Assembly: GCF_006345805.1 (NCBI RefSeq)
Contig: NC_042998.1
Location: 100,750,001 to 100,814,000 of the forward strand
Direction: 5' to 3'
Source: Octopus sinensis
Lineage: Eukaryota
DNA: 64,000 bases
Shown here: positions 37,112 through 50,354 of the stretch, in pieces
How the letters are laid out: the number at the start of each line of letters is the position of its first letter
Numbering within the stretch: position 1 is the stretch's first letter
The notes under the pieces: generated by a model
The model's input: the letters and a program-made list of their open reading frames with translations, nothing else
What the model was told of the DNA's origin: nothing
Databases searched by the model: none
Program-made: the position numbers and the translations under genes

Positions 37112-37246
37112 AAAGATAATGATGCCATTATTTTAGGCCACAAGGGCCTAAAATATGTAATGAGTGTTATGCATATTTCAAGAATTACTGCTCTTCCATC
37201 AACACCACATCCAGCCCTTCTTACAGAAATAATATCACATTTGAAG
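37112..37246 (+). CDS. Candidate phase 0-0 internal exon of an unidentified host gene (45 aa: KDNDAIILGHKGLKYVMSVMHISRITALPSTPHPALLTEIISHLK)
   Basis: Polypyrimidine tract ttttcttgcttcttag, 135-nt open frame, AAG/gtgaaa donor (alternative donor g/gtaac at 37266), unique non-repeat sequence; no recognised homology. Confidence 0.3.
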
Positions 37247-38856
37247 GTGAAAATGTCGATTTTCTGGTAACAAATTAATTTAACTTGAACCACATACAGT
37301 GAACAAATTAAACTCAAAAGTTAAGATTTAAACAAAGTGAAAAAAAATTCTAATATAAACTGAGTAATAAGAAAGCAAATGAATAACTAGAGTGAAATCA
37401 ATAACAATTATGAACATAAAATTCAATAACTTCTTTGATCCTGCTTTTCATTTACGGCCATCAAAACATAGAACTTTCTTGATGACTGTAATTTGCATTG
37501 ACAAAAGAAAACATGAATCTAGATTCACATATGTGTTGTTCCTAATGGAACAAGGACTCAGTAATTGGTCTTAATCTCTTGAGGGTTAAATTTCTTGGTG
37601 TGCTTAACGCAATAAAGTTATTTTTAAGAGTTAGTTAATAGTTAAATTCTAAAAAGCAATTCTACTAAAATAATATATTTTTCTTCTTTGCTGCAATCCT
37701 AAAATTCCATTTCACACCCCATATTGGGACCCCTGGTGTAAAGGAAGGTTCACTTATTGACTGGTAGTTCAAGTATATAATTCAACCTGTAGTATATTAC
37801 AAATAATTTAATCCCCAAAACTGACTGAAGCAGGATTTCAATTCAGAGATGAAGAAATGAAGCTCTGAAACAGGTTAAAACTATATTCAGTACCAACTTC
37901 TTACATAACTCTCTCCTTAAAAATAAGTACATAGGGGTCTTCTTCTAAGTGACCACACAACCTGTTAGAAATAGCATCAAATTTCCCTCAAATTACATTT
38001 TCATGTCTCAAAAGGCAAGGAGCACATTAGTTAATGTGACCCTCGATACATACTGCCTGAAAAAAGTAAATAAGAAAATAAATGATAAGACTGTTACAAT
38101 TTAAATATCTTTGATCACAGGATTGCTCATTTCAAGTTGAGCTGAGGTTCAACAACAACAAAACCAAGCAGTTTCTCACTTGTTTACCATAAATGTGAAC
38201 TGAACAATAGCATTAAGTAAAAATAGAAACACAATTGAATTATTCTTCTATGGACATGACTCAGATGCTCAATGCAGCAACCAAAAGTAATACTCCATAA
38301 ACTCCATATCAATTTTTACAAGTGTTCTCGGTACATGTTTGGCCCTAATTTTTGCTCCATTATTTATATGTAAACAATAAAGTGACTAGAATTATATCAG
38401 GATGTAATTCTACAATAAAGATGGGGTGACCTTGGCTAGAATAATACCAGTCAAGTGATTTTACATCTGTCAAAACAGAGCTGACTAAGGCTACACAATA
38501 ACACTAACAACAACAATGTACAGAAATGCATACCTACATGCTTACACATATACACACAAACATATGAATATACATATATGAATATATTGTGTGTGTGTGT
38601 TGTGTGTGTGTCTGTGCATGTGTATAGGCTTAGTGGTTAGGGTGTTGCACACATGATCATAAGATTGTAGTTTCAATTTCTGAATCAGGCAATGCATTGT
38701 ATTCTTGAACAAAGCACTTCATTTTACATTGCTCCTGTTCACTCAGCTGGCGTAAATGAGAAATCCTACAACAGAATTCTGGGAAACCAACATTATAAGC
38801 TTGTAGCTTGGAAAAAGCTTTCATCTTCATTTTAATACACACACACACACATAATA

Positions 38857-39750
38857 TGCTCGTGACGAGCTGGATTTATTCGTACGAGCATGGGAGTGCG
38901 CCGGCGGAGATAGCCCTAGCGAGGTGATTGCGGCTGCGCTGAAGAGCAGAGGCTACAAGAGGACAGCGGCTCAGATGGAGCGAAAGAGACAGGAATTCGT
39001 GCGCTCATATGCGCTTGTACGGTCGCACATTGGCGCACTTGATGCCATCTTTGAGAACGAGCGGGGCAAAGATGGCAAGAATGGAGACGATGAAAGAAGT
39101 CACCCCCACCTGGTGGACGCCCGGGAGGAGGTTTTGAATGAGAACCTGCCCGGGAAGTGAACCCAGGCGCAAGTTCTCCAACCGGCAGCAAGGGCCATGG
39201 AGAGGAGAACCCGGTGAAGAGGTAGAGGGAGGAAGAAGAACTAAAAGAAGGACTGGAAGAGCTAAAGGAAAAGAAAAAGCTCAAGCAGGACCAAAGAGTG
39301 AAACAACCAGAAATAGAAGTGGAACCGCAAAGGATGGAACCAAACAGCGCACACGGGTGTGTATGTTCTACTTGAGAGGTTCCTGCTGGCATGGAAAGGA
39401 AGGTGCAGCTGCCGCTTTGCACATCGGGGACCCTGCCACAGAGACACGAGGCAGATGGACAAACCATCAACACAAAGAAAGAGATGGACCACGCACCACC
39501 TGCCCCAAAGCGGAGGTACGCAGATGTTGTGCGCGCCACAAACAGCCAACATGATGTTGTCGAAAGAGCAGCTGCTGAGCAACAATCTTTTTTGTGCATG
39601 GCACAAAAGATTGTACAGCAGCTGACCTGGCTTCATCAAACCCAAGCCCGCAGGTGGGACTACCCACTATATACCAGACCACCACAGCAAACAGACACAG
39701 GATGGACACCGCCGGCAACAACGTACACCTCACCTCGATACTCCTACTGA
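38857..39750 (+). pseudogene. LINE ORF1-like region: Myb/SANT(trihelix)-like segment, charged linker, one CCCH finger (frameshifted in this sequence)
   Basis: ELDLFVRAWEC..EVIAAALKSRGYKRTAAQMERKRQEFVRSY; CMFYLRGSCWHGKEGA(S)CRFAH (C-x7-C-x8-C-x3-H across one missing base, 39360-39424); KRRYADVV. Confidence 0.6.
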
Positions 39751-42677
39751 ACATCAGAGGACTGCAAACACTCAGTAACAGGACAAAGATCCCGTTCCTG
39801 AGAGACTTTGTTGCATGCAATCAAGCCATATGCATAGCACTTACAGAACGCACCTGAACCGGACATAGCAGATGCGGAGTTACACATACCACAGTATGCT
39901 GTACTACGGACCGACAGGAAAGAAAGGAGTCATGGAGGTGTTGCTATGTACATCCGTGAGACCTCACACACACCCCCAGGTCCTCTTGTCATACTCAAAC
40001 TCGGTGTGTGACACACTAATTGTACATATTAGGCAACTTGATGTATTTGTGTGTGCTACATATCGCCCTCCAGATGCCCCAAGCCATGTGTGCAAGTTTG
40101 AAGACTGCCTTATAAAATAGAAGAAATTCTAACCACATTAGAACAACACATAGGTGTGCTTCTTATGGGAGACTTCAATCTGCCCAATGTCAGATGGCCC
40201 GAGGGCCTTTCTCTCCCAGGAATGACAAGATGTGAACGAGGACAGGCGAGGTCCCTCCTGAACCTCATCAACACCCTGTACATGGAGCAGTAATACTCCA
40301 ACCAACCAGGGCAGGTAACACACTGGATCTCTGCTTCACAAATGACATGGATCTCATCCATAATGTGAAAGTGACACCGACACTATCTCGGATCACAACA
40401 TGATAGAGCTGACCATGTACGGGCCAAAAGAGAGCACGGACATGCAGCCTACAAGAAACCCTCAAAATCTTTCCAGCTTGAACTACCATAAGGCAAACTG
40501 GAAACAAATTGAGAAAGAGATCCTCAAACAAAACTGGCCTAAATGTCTCTCCTCGCCAGACATCGACGTGAAACTTCAACAATTCATGTCTGTAATGCAA
40601 GCCATATGCTACAAATGTGTCCCAGAGAGAAGGCCACTGTACACAAGAACAAAATCCAGAGAGAGGAAAATTTTAATGAGACGGCGTACGAAATTTTCAA
40701 ATCGCCTAAACAAACAGATTGAAAGCAGTGAAAAGTCCCGCCTAAAAATAAAACTGTGGAAATCGAAAAATGTCTGCAACTCTCCCATGAAAAAGAAAGA
40801 GCAGACAAAGAAGCCTGGGCTATAGAAAACATAAAATCTAACCCCAGAGCTTTCTACAGGTATGCCAAAGAAACAGCTACAGTGCACTGTAGAATAGGGC
40901 CACTCCTCGAAAAGGATGGCACACTTACAGGAAAACCAATGAGGGTAAGTGAAATACTGAATGAGCAATTCAAGAGTGTTTTCACTCCACCCCTTGGGCA
41001 TCTCCAAATCACCAATCCAACTGACTTTTTTACCACTGCAGATATAAAATCAGAGGCGGCGACGATAGATTACATCGATATAAAGGAAGACGATGTAACC
41101 AAGGCTATAGATGAAATGAAAACAGACTCAGCTACTGGCCCCGATGGATTCCCGGCAATCCTCCTAAAAGCATGTAAGAGAGTCCTAGCAAGACCACTGC
41201 AGTTCCTCTTTCAGAGCTTCCTTGCAGCTGGCAAACTTCCAGGAAAACTGAAGGAAGGTAAAATATTCATAAAGGAGGTAGCAGAGCGGAAGCCAAGAAC
41301 TATAGACCTATCTCTCTGACCTCACACATCAGCAAGGTCATGGAACGAATAGTCAGAAGGAAGCTGATCACCTTCCTTGAAGAGAATGACTTGCTGCCCG
41401 ACACCCAACATGGTTTCCGACCAGGAGAAGCTGTTTAACTCAGCTCCTACAACACTATGACTGGGTGCTGAAACGGCTGCTCAACCACTCAAATGTGGAA
41501 GTGATATATCTCGACTTTGCAAAGGCCTTTGATAAAGTCGATCATGGAATGATATGTCACAACTGCGTGATCTCAACATAGTTGGAAAACTGGGAGAATG
41601 GCTTCATGACTTTCTGAAGGATAGAAGTCAGGTGGTAGTAGCCAATGGGGCCAGCTCCATTAACACACAAATAGTGAGCGGTGTTCCGCAGGGCACTGTT
41701 CTGGACCACTACTGTTCATAATGGCCCTCTCAGACATGCCCTCAGCCACGCAGAGAGCCACGATCACAAGTTATGCAGATGATACAAAAGTTTCACAGGC
41801 AATACAGAACCCTGAGGACACTAAACACCTGCAATGTGAGCTGGACGAAATATACAAGTGGGCTGAAAAGAATAGCATGCAGTTCAATGCTGGAAAGTTT
41901 CAAGCTTTATACTATCAGCATGCAAAACTGAATGCAATACCCAATGAATACACTGGACCCGGAGGATTGCAATCCCAGAGGCACAATCAGTGCGTGACCT
42001 GGGTATTCACATGAGTGATGACGCGACCTTTCATGTACATGTTGCTAACTGACAATGAAATGTAGACGGCTGGCTGGATGGATTCTTAGAACCTTTAGAA
42101 CAAGAGAACAAGAAACCATGATGGTCCTCTGGAAGACACTTGTCCTAAGCCACTTTGACTATTGCTCTCAGCTATGGTCACCATCCAGTGTCAAGTTGAT
42201 CACAGAACTTGAGGCGATCCAACGAAGCTACACAAAGAAGATAGCCTCTATGCAGAATGTAAGCTACTGGGAAGACTCAAGAGATTAAATTATATTCCCT
42301 GGAGCGTAGGCGGGAAGATATGCCATAATATACATCTGGAAGATCCTGGAGGGAAGTGTCCTGACTTTGGCATCGAGAGTTACGCAAATGCCAGAACTGG
42401 GCGCCACTGCGTGGTGCCTAGGACTCCAAACCTGCCATCAAGATGTAGGACAAGATTCTGTGATAGCCTGGGCTTCCGAGGCCCACAGCTCTTCAATATC
42501 CTCCCGAAGAACCTGAGAGACCTACATGGGGTGGATACAGATGTCTTTAAAATGAAGCTGGATCTCTTCCTGTCAGGTGTCCCAGATGAACCAACTTCAC
42601 GGCAGGAGGGGCAGATGAGGGCAGCTGCATCGAACTCTCTCATGCACCAAATAGCAGTTGCTAGAAAGCCTCCATGA
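39702..42677 (+). pseudogene. LINE ORF2 (APE endonuclease plus RT), about 15 or more frameshifts, no in-frame stop found in the reconstructed frame
   Basis: LLNIRGL, ALTE, DR..RSHGGVAMY, GDFNLP, LDLCFT, SDHN; NYRPISLTSHISKVME, QHGFRPG, YLDFAKAFDKVDH, GVPQGTVL(G)PLLF, SYADD (41772-41783), RDLG, FDYCSQLWSP, LYSLERRR. Confidence 0.9.
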
Positions 42678-42793
42678 AGTGAAACCAAGTAGCAACACCA
42701 AATGGCGGTGCACCAGCATGGCCACAGCTCATAAGCTGAAACTAGAATCAATCAATCAATCAATCATATATTATATATATATATGTGTGTGTT

Positions 42794-42825
<32 letters not shown>

Positions 42826-42838
42826 ATATATATAATAC

Positions 42839-42871
<33 letters not shown>

Positions 42872-42996
42872 ATATATATATATATATATATATTATACAT
42901 ACATATATATATTATATCATTTCTTGATATACTGTTGCTTATTTTGATTATATATATAATATATATTATATATATTAAAATGTATATATAATGTAT

Positions 42997-43150
42997 ATGG
43001 TAAGAAGCTGGTTTCCCAACCACATGGTTCTGGGTTCAGTCTCACTGCGTGGCACCTTGGGCAAGTGTCTTCTACTATAGCCTCAGGCCGACCAAAGCCT
43101 TGTGAGTGGATTTGGTAGACGGAAACTAAAAGAAGCCCATTGTATATATA
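42997..43150 (+). mobile_element. SINE family A, 5' half
   Basis: ggtaagaagctgg..ggttcagtctcactgcgtggcaccttgggcaagtgtcttctactatagcc..gaagccc. Confidence 0.85.
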
Positions 43151-44418
43151 TGCTCTTCAACAGAAAGGAATATGAGAAAATAAACAGAAAGAGGATGCAA
43201 AAAAACTTGTAGATTTAGTGGTCAAGAATGGCAAATGATTAGAAGAATAGTTTGAAAGAGGAGGTTGAAAGAAAGGGAGATAATAAAGTGCTCGTTATCC
43301 CAAATGAAGGCGGGCACAAGTGTGGGTGTGTATGTGAGAATGGTGTGTGTGAATGTGTCAGTGCATGTGTGTGTGTGTGTGAATAGGGGCTAGTGACTGA
43401 CGTGTTCGAGTGTGTGCATGTGTAAGTGTGATATATGTATATGTACGCACATACATATATATTAATGTATGTATATATATGTATGTGCGTACATATACAT
43501 ATATCACACTTATACATGCACACACACACACACATTTTATATATTATATATACACATATATTGAAGGAATTTTGAATTTCTACCCAAAAGTTTTTGTTAT
43601 CAATCTGTGTATGTGTGTGTGTGTGTATTCTTTTACATGTATTTGGTCATTGAACTGCAGCCATGCTGGGGCACCACCATGAAGGGTTTGACCAGTTAGA
43701 TCAACCGCAGTACATGTTCAATAGGTCTCTTTTGCAGAATTTCTAAATGACAGAGATGTCAACAAACCAACACTGGTTATTAAGCAGCAAGAAACAGACA
43801 CAGAGACATACACACACTCAAATGATCAGCTTTCACTATGTTTCCATCTATCAGCTTCACTTGCAAGATATTGGTCAACCTGGTGTGTGCTACACCATGC
43901 AATGGAACTGAACCCAACCAAATAGTTGTGAAGTGAACATGAAGGTCTTAAAGGACATTGCCTGAAACATGTATAAATTTACACTTAGACTACCCTAAAA
44001 AAGAAAAAGTTGAGATTTTGGAGAGGTTCAATTTACATCTTTCTGTTGCTTTCCTTCATGAAGATGAAACAGAATCACCAAAGTTGGTTACAGATAAATA
44101 AACAGTAATGACACACACACAAAAAAAAAGAATAAAATTGGGTTAAAATACATTAGAATACCCACCATGGCCACCACCAGCCCCAGTTTCATGGCTAAAG
44201 ATAAGAATTAGCAAATGATAAACAGACCCTTAGGTCTAATAAATAGATCTACTTATACTTGTATTTTCAAGAATAGGGCCCTTTACAAGTGTGTATGTAT
44301 GGGTTTTCCTAGCTTCCTAGTTAACTAGAAAACAAAGAATTCAGCCAGTGTTTGCCTTGAAGCTACAGATGCTGATAAATCAAAGGGTTATCAACTTGGC
44401 TGATTATCACACACACAT

Positions 44419-44500
<82 letters not shown>

Positions 44501-45306
44501 CAGATAACTTCAGAACATAACCAAAAGTAGTGAAGAAAAGAAAAGCAAAACTTGTCTTCGTGAAAGGTTAGAACTATGCATTGGTTTTAATCAGATAGGA
44601 TAGTCATGGAAATGAAAAAGAGAATAAGTAAAAGACAAAATAAGATAAAGATTTAGGAAGAAAAAAATGGTAGAGATATAACTTGTAAACTGATGGCCAT
44701 CCATTCCAGAGGTGGTAATATTTTGACTTCTTGTGACACTTTGAAGCTGTTTTATCTCCTCATGTGGGCTACTGATTAGAAAGAAAGAAGTAGGTGGTTG
44801 ATACAGTACTTGCTTTATCCTCTTGGCTAGAAACAGCAAGTGAACCCTTAATTATTAAATAAAGCATACAGTGTGTACTGTGTGTGTGTGTGTGTGCATG
44901 TGAGTGTATGTATGTGTGTGTGTGTTATGAGAAAGAGAGAGAGAAAGAGAGATAGAGATAGAGAGAGCACGTTTGTCTGTTAAACCTCAATCCTGTATCT
45001 AAAACGTTTTTGTACTGTTGGTCTAATAAAGAGGTGTCTGTGTTTATTTGCACTGGATGGAAGTTTGGTTCCATGAGTTTCAGTGCCTTGTTACCACCAC
45101 AAGTGAGGGAACTCATACATAATGACTTGACCTGCTTGAAATAGCAGCTAAACAACAGTAACAACCTATCAGACTACAGCTGAATATGTATAAGAAATTA
45201 AAGATTTGAATGAAAAAGAGGCAAACATACATACACATATATATATTACACATACATATATATATTACATATACATATATATTATACACATATATATAGT
45301 ACATAT

Positions 45307-45533
45307 ACTCTTTAGTCTTTTACTTGTTTCAGTCATTTGACTGTGACCATGCTGGAGTACCGCCTTTAGTCGAGCAAATCAACCCCAGGAATTATTCTTT
45401 GTAAGCCTAGTACTTATTCTATTGGTCTCTTTTGCCAAACTGCTAAGTTATGGGGACGTAAACACACCAACATTGGTTGTCAAGCGATGTTGGGGGGTCA
45501 AACATAGACACACAAACATATACACACACACAT

Positions 45534-45616
<83 letters not shown>

Positions 45617-45856
45617 CATATATACAATGGGCTTCTTTCAGTTTCGGTCTACCAAATCCACTCACAAGGCTTTGGTCAGCCCAAGGCTATAGTAGAAGAC
45701 ACTTGCCCAAGGTGCCATGCAGTGGGACTGAACCTGGAAACATGTGGTTCGTAAGCAAGCTACTTACCACACAGCCACTCCTACACCTAGAGCTACTTAC
45801 CACACAGCCACTCCGACACCTATAGCTACTTATCACACAGCCACTCTTACGCCTAT
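45307..45856 (-). mobile_element. SINE family A, full length, with triplicated 33-bp head
   Basis: Tail cagtcatttgactg at the left end; agctacttaccacacagccactc at 45758, 45791 and 45824. Confidence 0.9.
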
Positions 45857-45932
45857 ACATATATATTACATATACATACATATATATGTATGTATATATA
45901 TACTGATATATATATATATATATATATATATG

Positions 45933-46960
45933 AGGAATGAAGCCAGTATGCTCCGATGGATGTGTAATGTCAGTGTACATACTCGACAGAGCGTTAGCAC
46001 CTTGAGAGAAATGTTGTACCTAAGAAGCATCAGTTGTGGTGTGCAAGAGAGACGATTGCGCTGGTATGGTCATGTGGCGAGAATGGATGAAGATAGGTGT
46101 GTGAGAAAGTGCCAATCCCTAGCAGTTGAGGGAACCCGTGGAAGAGGTAGACCCAGGAAAACCTGGGACGAGGTGGTGAAGCACGACCTTCGAACTTTAG
46201 GCCTCACTGAGGAAATGACCAGCGACCGAGACCTTTGGAAATATTCTGTACGTGAGAAGACCAGGCAGGACAAGTGAGCCCAGCCCACTTATGAATGCCT
46301 TTCCTCCCTTGGACACAAAGACCTGCGAAGTCGATATAGAACCTCATCCGACGACAGGCACCCATGCCAACCCCCTCTGCTTGCGAAGACATGTTGGGGC
46401 AAGCGAAATCGAAATCGAAACCGAATTGAACCAGCCAGGATCCCTGGTCTGGTGGTACGTAAAAAGCACTATCCGACTCGTGGCCGATGCCAGCGCCGCT
46501 TCGACTGGCTTCCGTGCCGGTGGCACGTAAAATACTCCAATCCAACTGTACGACAGGCACCCATGCCAACCCCCTTTGCTTGTGAAGACATGTTGGGGCA
46601 AGCGAAATCGAATTGAACTAGCCAGGATCCCTGGTCTGGTGGTACGTAAAAAGCACTATCCGACTCGTGGCCGATGCCAGCACCGCCTCGACTGGCTTCC
46701 GTGCCGGTGGCACATAAAATACACCAATCCGACCGTGGCCGTTGCCAGCCCCACCTGGCACCTGTGCAGGTGGCACATAAAAAGCACCCACTACACTCAC
46801 GGAGTGGTTGGCGTTAGGAAGGGCATCCAGCTGTAGAAACATTGCCAGATAAGACTGGAGCCTGGTGCAGCCTTCTGGCTTCCCAGATCTCCGGTCGAAC
46901 CGTCCAACCCATGCTAGCATGGAGAACGGACGTTAAACGATGATGATGATGATGATGATG
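45933..46960 (+). mobile_element. RTE LINE copy 3 (ORF end plus 3' UTR with a 199-bp tandem duplication)
   Basis: RNEASMLRWMCNV..RRLRWYGHV..GRGRPRKTW..KTRQDK*; acgacaggcacccatgcc at 46351 and 46550; (GAT)7 tail; (TA)n on both sides. Confidence 0.92.
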
Positions 46961-47149
46961 ATATATATATGTATATATGTATATATCAGAAAAAGAAAGC
47001 ACAGTATAGTGCAACACAGAACCAAAATAAGGTTAATATTGGCTCCACAACCCACTCAGAGCAAACTCTTCCAAGTATTGCATTGTGTTAGTTTTTTTTT
47101 TCCTGAGGTGTGGTACAGTTTTTTAAACACTAAACTAGACACTAAACTC

Positions 47150-47500
47150 TGCTTGCAAAGACCTGTTGAGGCAAGTGAAATCGAAATCAAAATCAAATTC
47201 GATGACTAGCATCTGTGCTAGTGGAGTGCTAAGCTGACTGGTTTCCGTGCCGGTGGCATGTAAAAAGCACCATTTGAGTGTGGCTGTTGCCAGTACTGCC
47301 TGACTGGCCCTTGTGCTGGCAGCACGTAAAACGCCTACTACACTCTCAGAGTGGTTGGCATTAGGAAGGGCATTCAGCTGTAGAATCTCTTCCAGATCAG
47401 ATTAGAGCCTGGTGCAGCCATCTGGTTTGCCAGTCCTCAGTCAAATCATCCAACTCATGCTAGCATGGAAAGCGAACGTTAAACAACGATGATGAGGAGG
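47150..47500 (+). mobile_element. RTE 3'-UTR remnant
   Basis: acctgttgaggcaagtgaaatcgaaatc .. ggcattaggaagggcattcagc .. catgctagcatggaaagcgaacgttaaa. Confidence 0.85.
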
Positions 47501-48342
47501 AGGATTGTGTACTGAGTGTGTATTATTATTATTATTATTATTATTAAATCCACATCATCCCTGATTGAGTAGAGCTATGATTAAAGACATTACAGTCAGT
47601 CAGTCATATCATTTTTATTGGCCAAGACTATACTGTCCAATGGTTTCTTTTTCAAGTATGATTTGAAGATTTGGCTGTTGTTTTTAGCAGGCAGTATGAT
47701 TGCATAAAGGTTTCTTCATCAACTTGAAATAGAGTGGGTATTAGGTATAATTTACTTGACATTTTGTTTGTGTGCGTGTGGGGGTGCATGGGGGTATGTA
47801 TTATGATAGTTTGTATGCTTTAGGTAGAATTAGGCAAGATATACTAGACAGTAGGTTACACGTTACAATGTGGAATAAAACAAGTGAAGTAGGAGTGTTA
47901 GTCTTTCTTTCTTTAAATGACAAATAAGTCAGCCTAGTTTCTTCACTTCAACAGTTAAAAAACAGTGTTCATCTATATATTCTCTTGTAAAGTCATATCA
48001 GTTAAATATTATCACGCTTGTTAATGCCAGGCATTTTTAACCTTGAATGTTACAGAAGTCAGTATTCAGTCAAAATTCTTATCTGAGAAACAAAAACTGG
48101 TTGTAATTTTAATAATCTTTGGCAGATATAGGCATGGCTGTGAGGTTCACAAGTTACTGTAGAGCCACATAACTTCAAGTTCAATCCCACTGTGTAGCAC
48201 CTTGGGTGAGTGTCTTCTATAGCCTACTGTGTATAATAATAATAATAATAATAATGAAATTATTGCATATAGTGCTCAGGTGCACCATGACATGTATGTA
48301 TGTATGTATGTATGTATGTATGTATGTTGTATGTATGCGTGC

Positions 48343-48378
<36 letters not shown>

Positions 48379-50237
48379 CTTATTGATGTTTGTCGTTATG
48401 TCAATTTAAAATAAAAATAATTTTACATGAAACTGAAGGATTAACCAATACATTACATAAGTACATGTGAGGTCCCTTTTTAAAAAAAAAAACATCTTCA
48501 AGTTAAGAAGGACATCAGTGCCTAAAACCCTTTACAAGACCTCCAGACCAGGTAGGAGGTTAGGGGAAGCTTATCTTCTAATCGATGACCTAGCCTGAAT
48601 GCTTGCCACAAAATGGTCACTGCTAAAGGTACATAGGGTGCCAGGGACAGTGATGTGAAACTAGGTGACAGATTAAGTCTACCACCCAAGAAGGCAGTAG
48701 CAAAGCCTAAAATCGAAAAATTACAGCTTCAGTAACTAAGTCCATAACACACTTTGATCAGGTGATGCTGAACTTAATACCAATCAGTAAATACTGATTC
48801 AACCAGCTCCTACAAGATCATGGGGGTTACAAGCTCATAACACAAAGCCATAAAATTAACATAAGGTTCCTATTCCATTTCTGCAGTTCTGCAAATTTGC
48901 TGCACTAGATTACTACTTTTTTCATCAACCCTAAAAGGATGGAAGACAAAGTTGACTTTGAAAGGATTTGAACTCAGACCACAGACCATTAGAATTAATA
49001 TAATGAAACATTCTATCCAACACTAACAACTCAGTTGATTTGATGCTTTTATGTCCAGCATAAACAAAAAGTCCAGTAGCTTATTAATTCAATGTGCAAA
49101 GATGTGGAATAAAATATCATACTTGAAAAACAAGCCATGTAAAAAGGCACCCAGTACACTCTGTAAAATGGTAAGCATTAGGAAGGGCACCCAACTGTAT
49201 CATCATTAAATGATGATACAAATGCTGCTGATAATGAATTGATGGCAAAAAGGGCATTTAGACATTGAATACTGTCTGAAGAAGTCTTGGCCATTCTAGC
49301 ATGGAAAAAGCAGACATAAAAATGATGAGGAGGTTTATGATGATTTTATTGTTTTATAGGTTTCATATAAGTTACTTGCCATAAGGCTTATACTGTGATC
49401 AGGAGACATAACACAGTGTTAGTGGAAAGGTTAGATAGAACCCAATAAACTTTAAGTTACTGGTGTAAGTGTGCATGCATGTTTAATACAGCATCATCAT
49501 CATTTAATGTCTGTTTTTCCATGCTAGCATGGGTTGGATAATTTGACGGGAGCTGGTGAGGCCAGGCACCGCACAAGGTTCCATTATCAGTTTTGGCATG
49601 GTTTCTACAACTGGATGCCTTTCCTAATACAAACCACTTTACAGAGTGTACTAGGTGCTTTTCATGCGGCACCAGCACTTCTTAAGTGACAATTAAGAAA
49701 AATAAACTGAATTGTCAAAAACAATCATTTAGCCATTCAATAAATACAGATCAATAAAATAATTACCAAACTTAATAAGTACAGAAGCTGATATGACCAA
49801 CTAAGACTTTTGGAAGTAGTGCTCCAACATGACCACATTTAACCAATGAACCAATAAAAAATTAAAAGAGAATATTTCCAGCAGGTCAAGTGATAATATT
49901 AAGGTTCTATCCTTATCTCATAATATATGAAGCAGATACTATAAGAGAAGGCATTAATTGTCTCAACCAACATAACATGGTTTAAATCCTATTTCTAAAG
50001 ATGGCAGGGAAGTTGTTTAGACCTGATTTAGTTGCTACTGACACTGTGGTTTTTTACAACATAAAGGCTCTCTTTACTAGCTTGTATAATGAAAGATTAG
50101 ATTAAGGGTGAAGTGTGTATGTGTGAGGGTGGCTTAGGGTAAAAAGGTTAACAGCAGATCAGGAGGAATTAAATTTAGAGAAGATGGGAGTGAAAACCCG
50201 AAAGAGTAAAAGAAGTGAAATAGAGGGAAAGAGGTTA

Positions 50238-50354
<117 letters not shown>

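Larger units (their letters stand above)
38857..42766 (+). mobile_element. CR1/L2-group LINE, apparently full length (about 3.9 kb), (AATC)5 tail
   Basis: Sharp GC-rich island in AT-rich DNA; ORF1-like region, APE endonuclease and RT in order; short 3' UTR with stem-loop and microsatellite tail. Confidence 0.92.

Noticed and set aside
38916-39820. Long minus-strand ORFs (227 aa, 127 aa, 117 aa) over the LINE 5' region
   Set aside because: They are antisense shadows of a GC-rich sense ORF with no motifs of their own.
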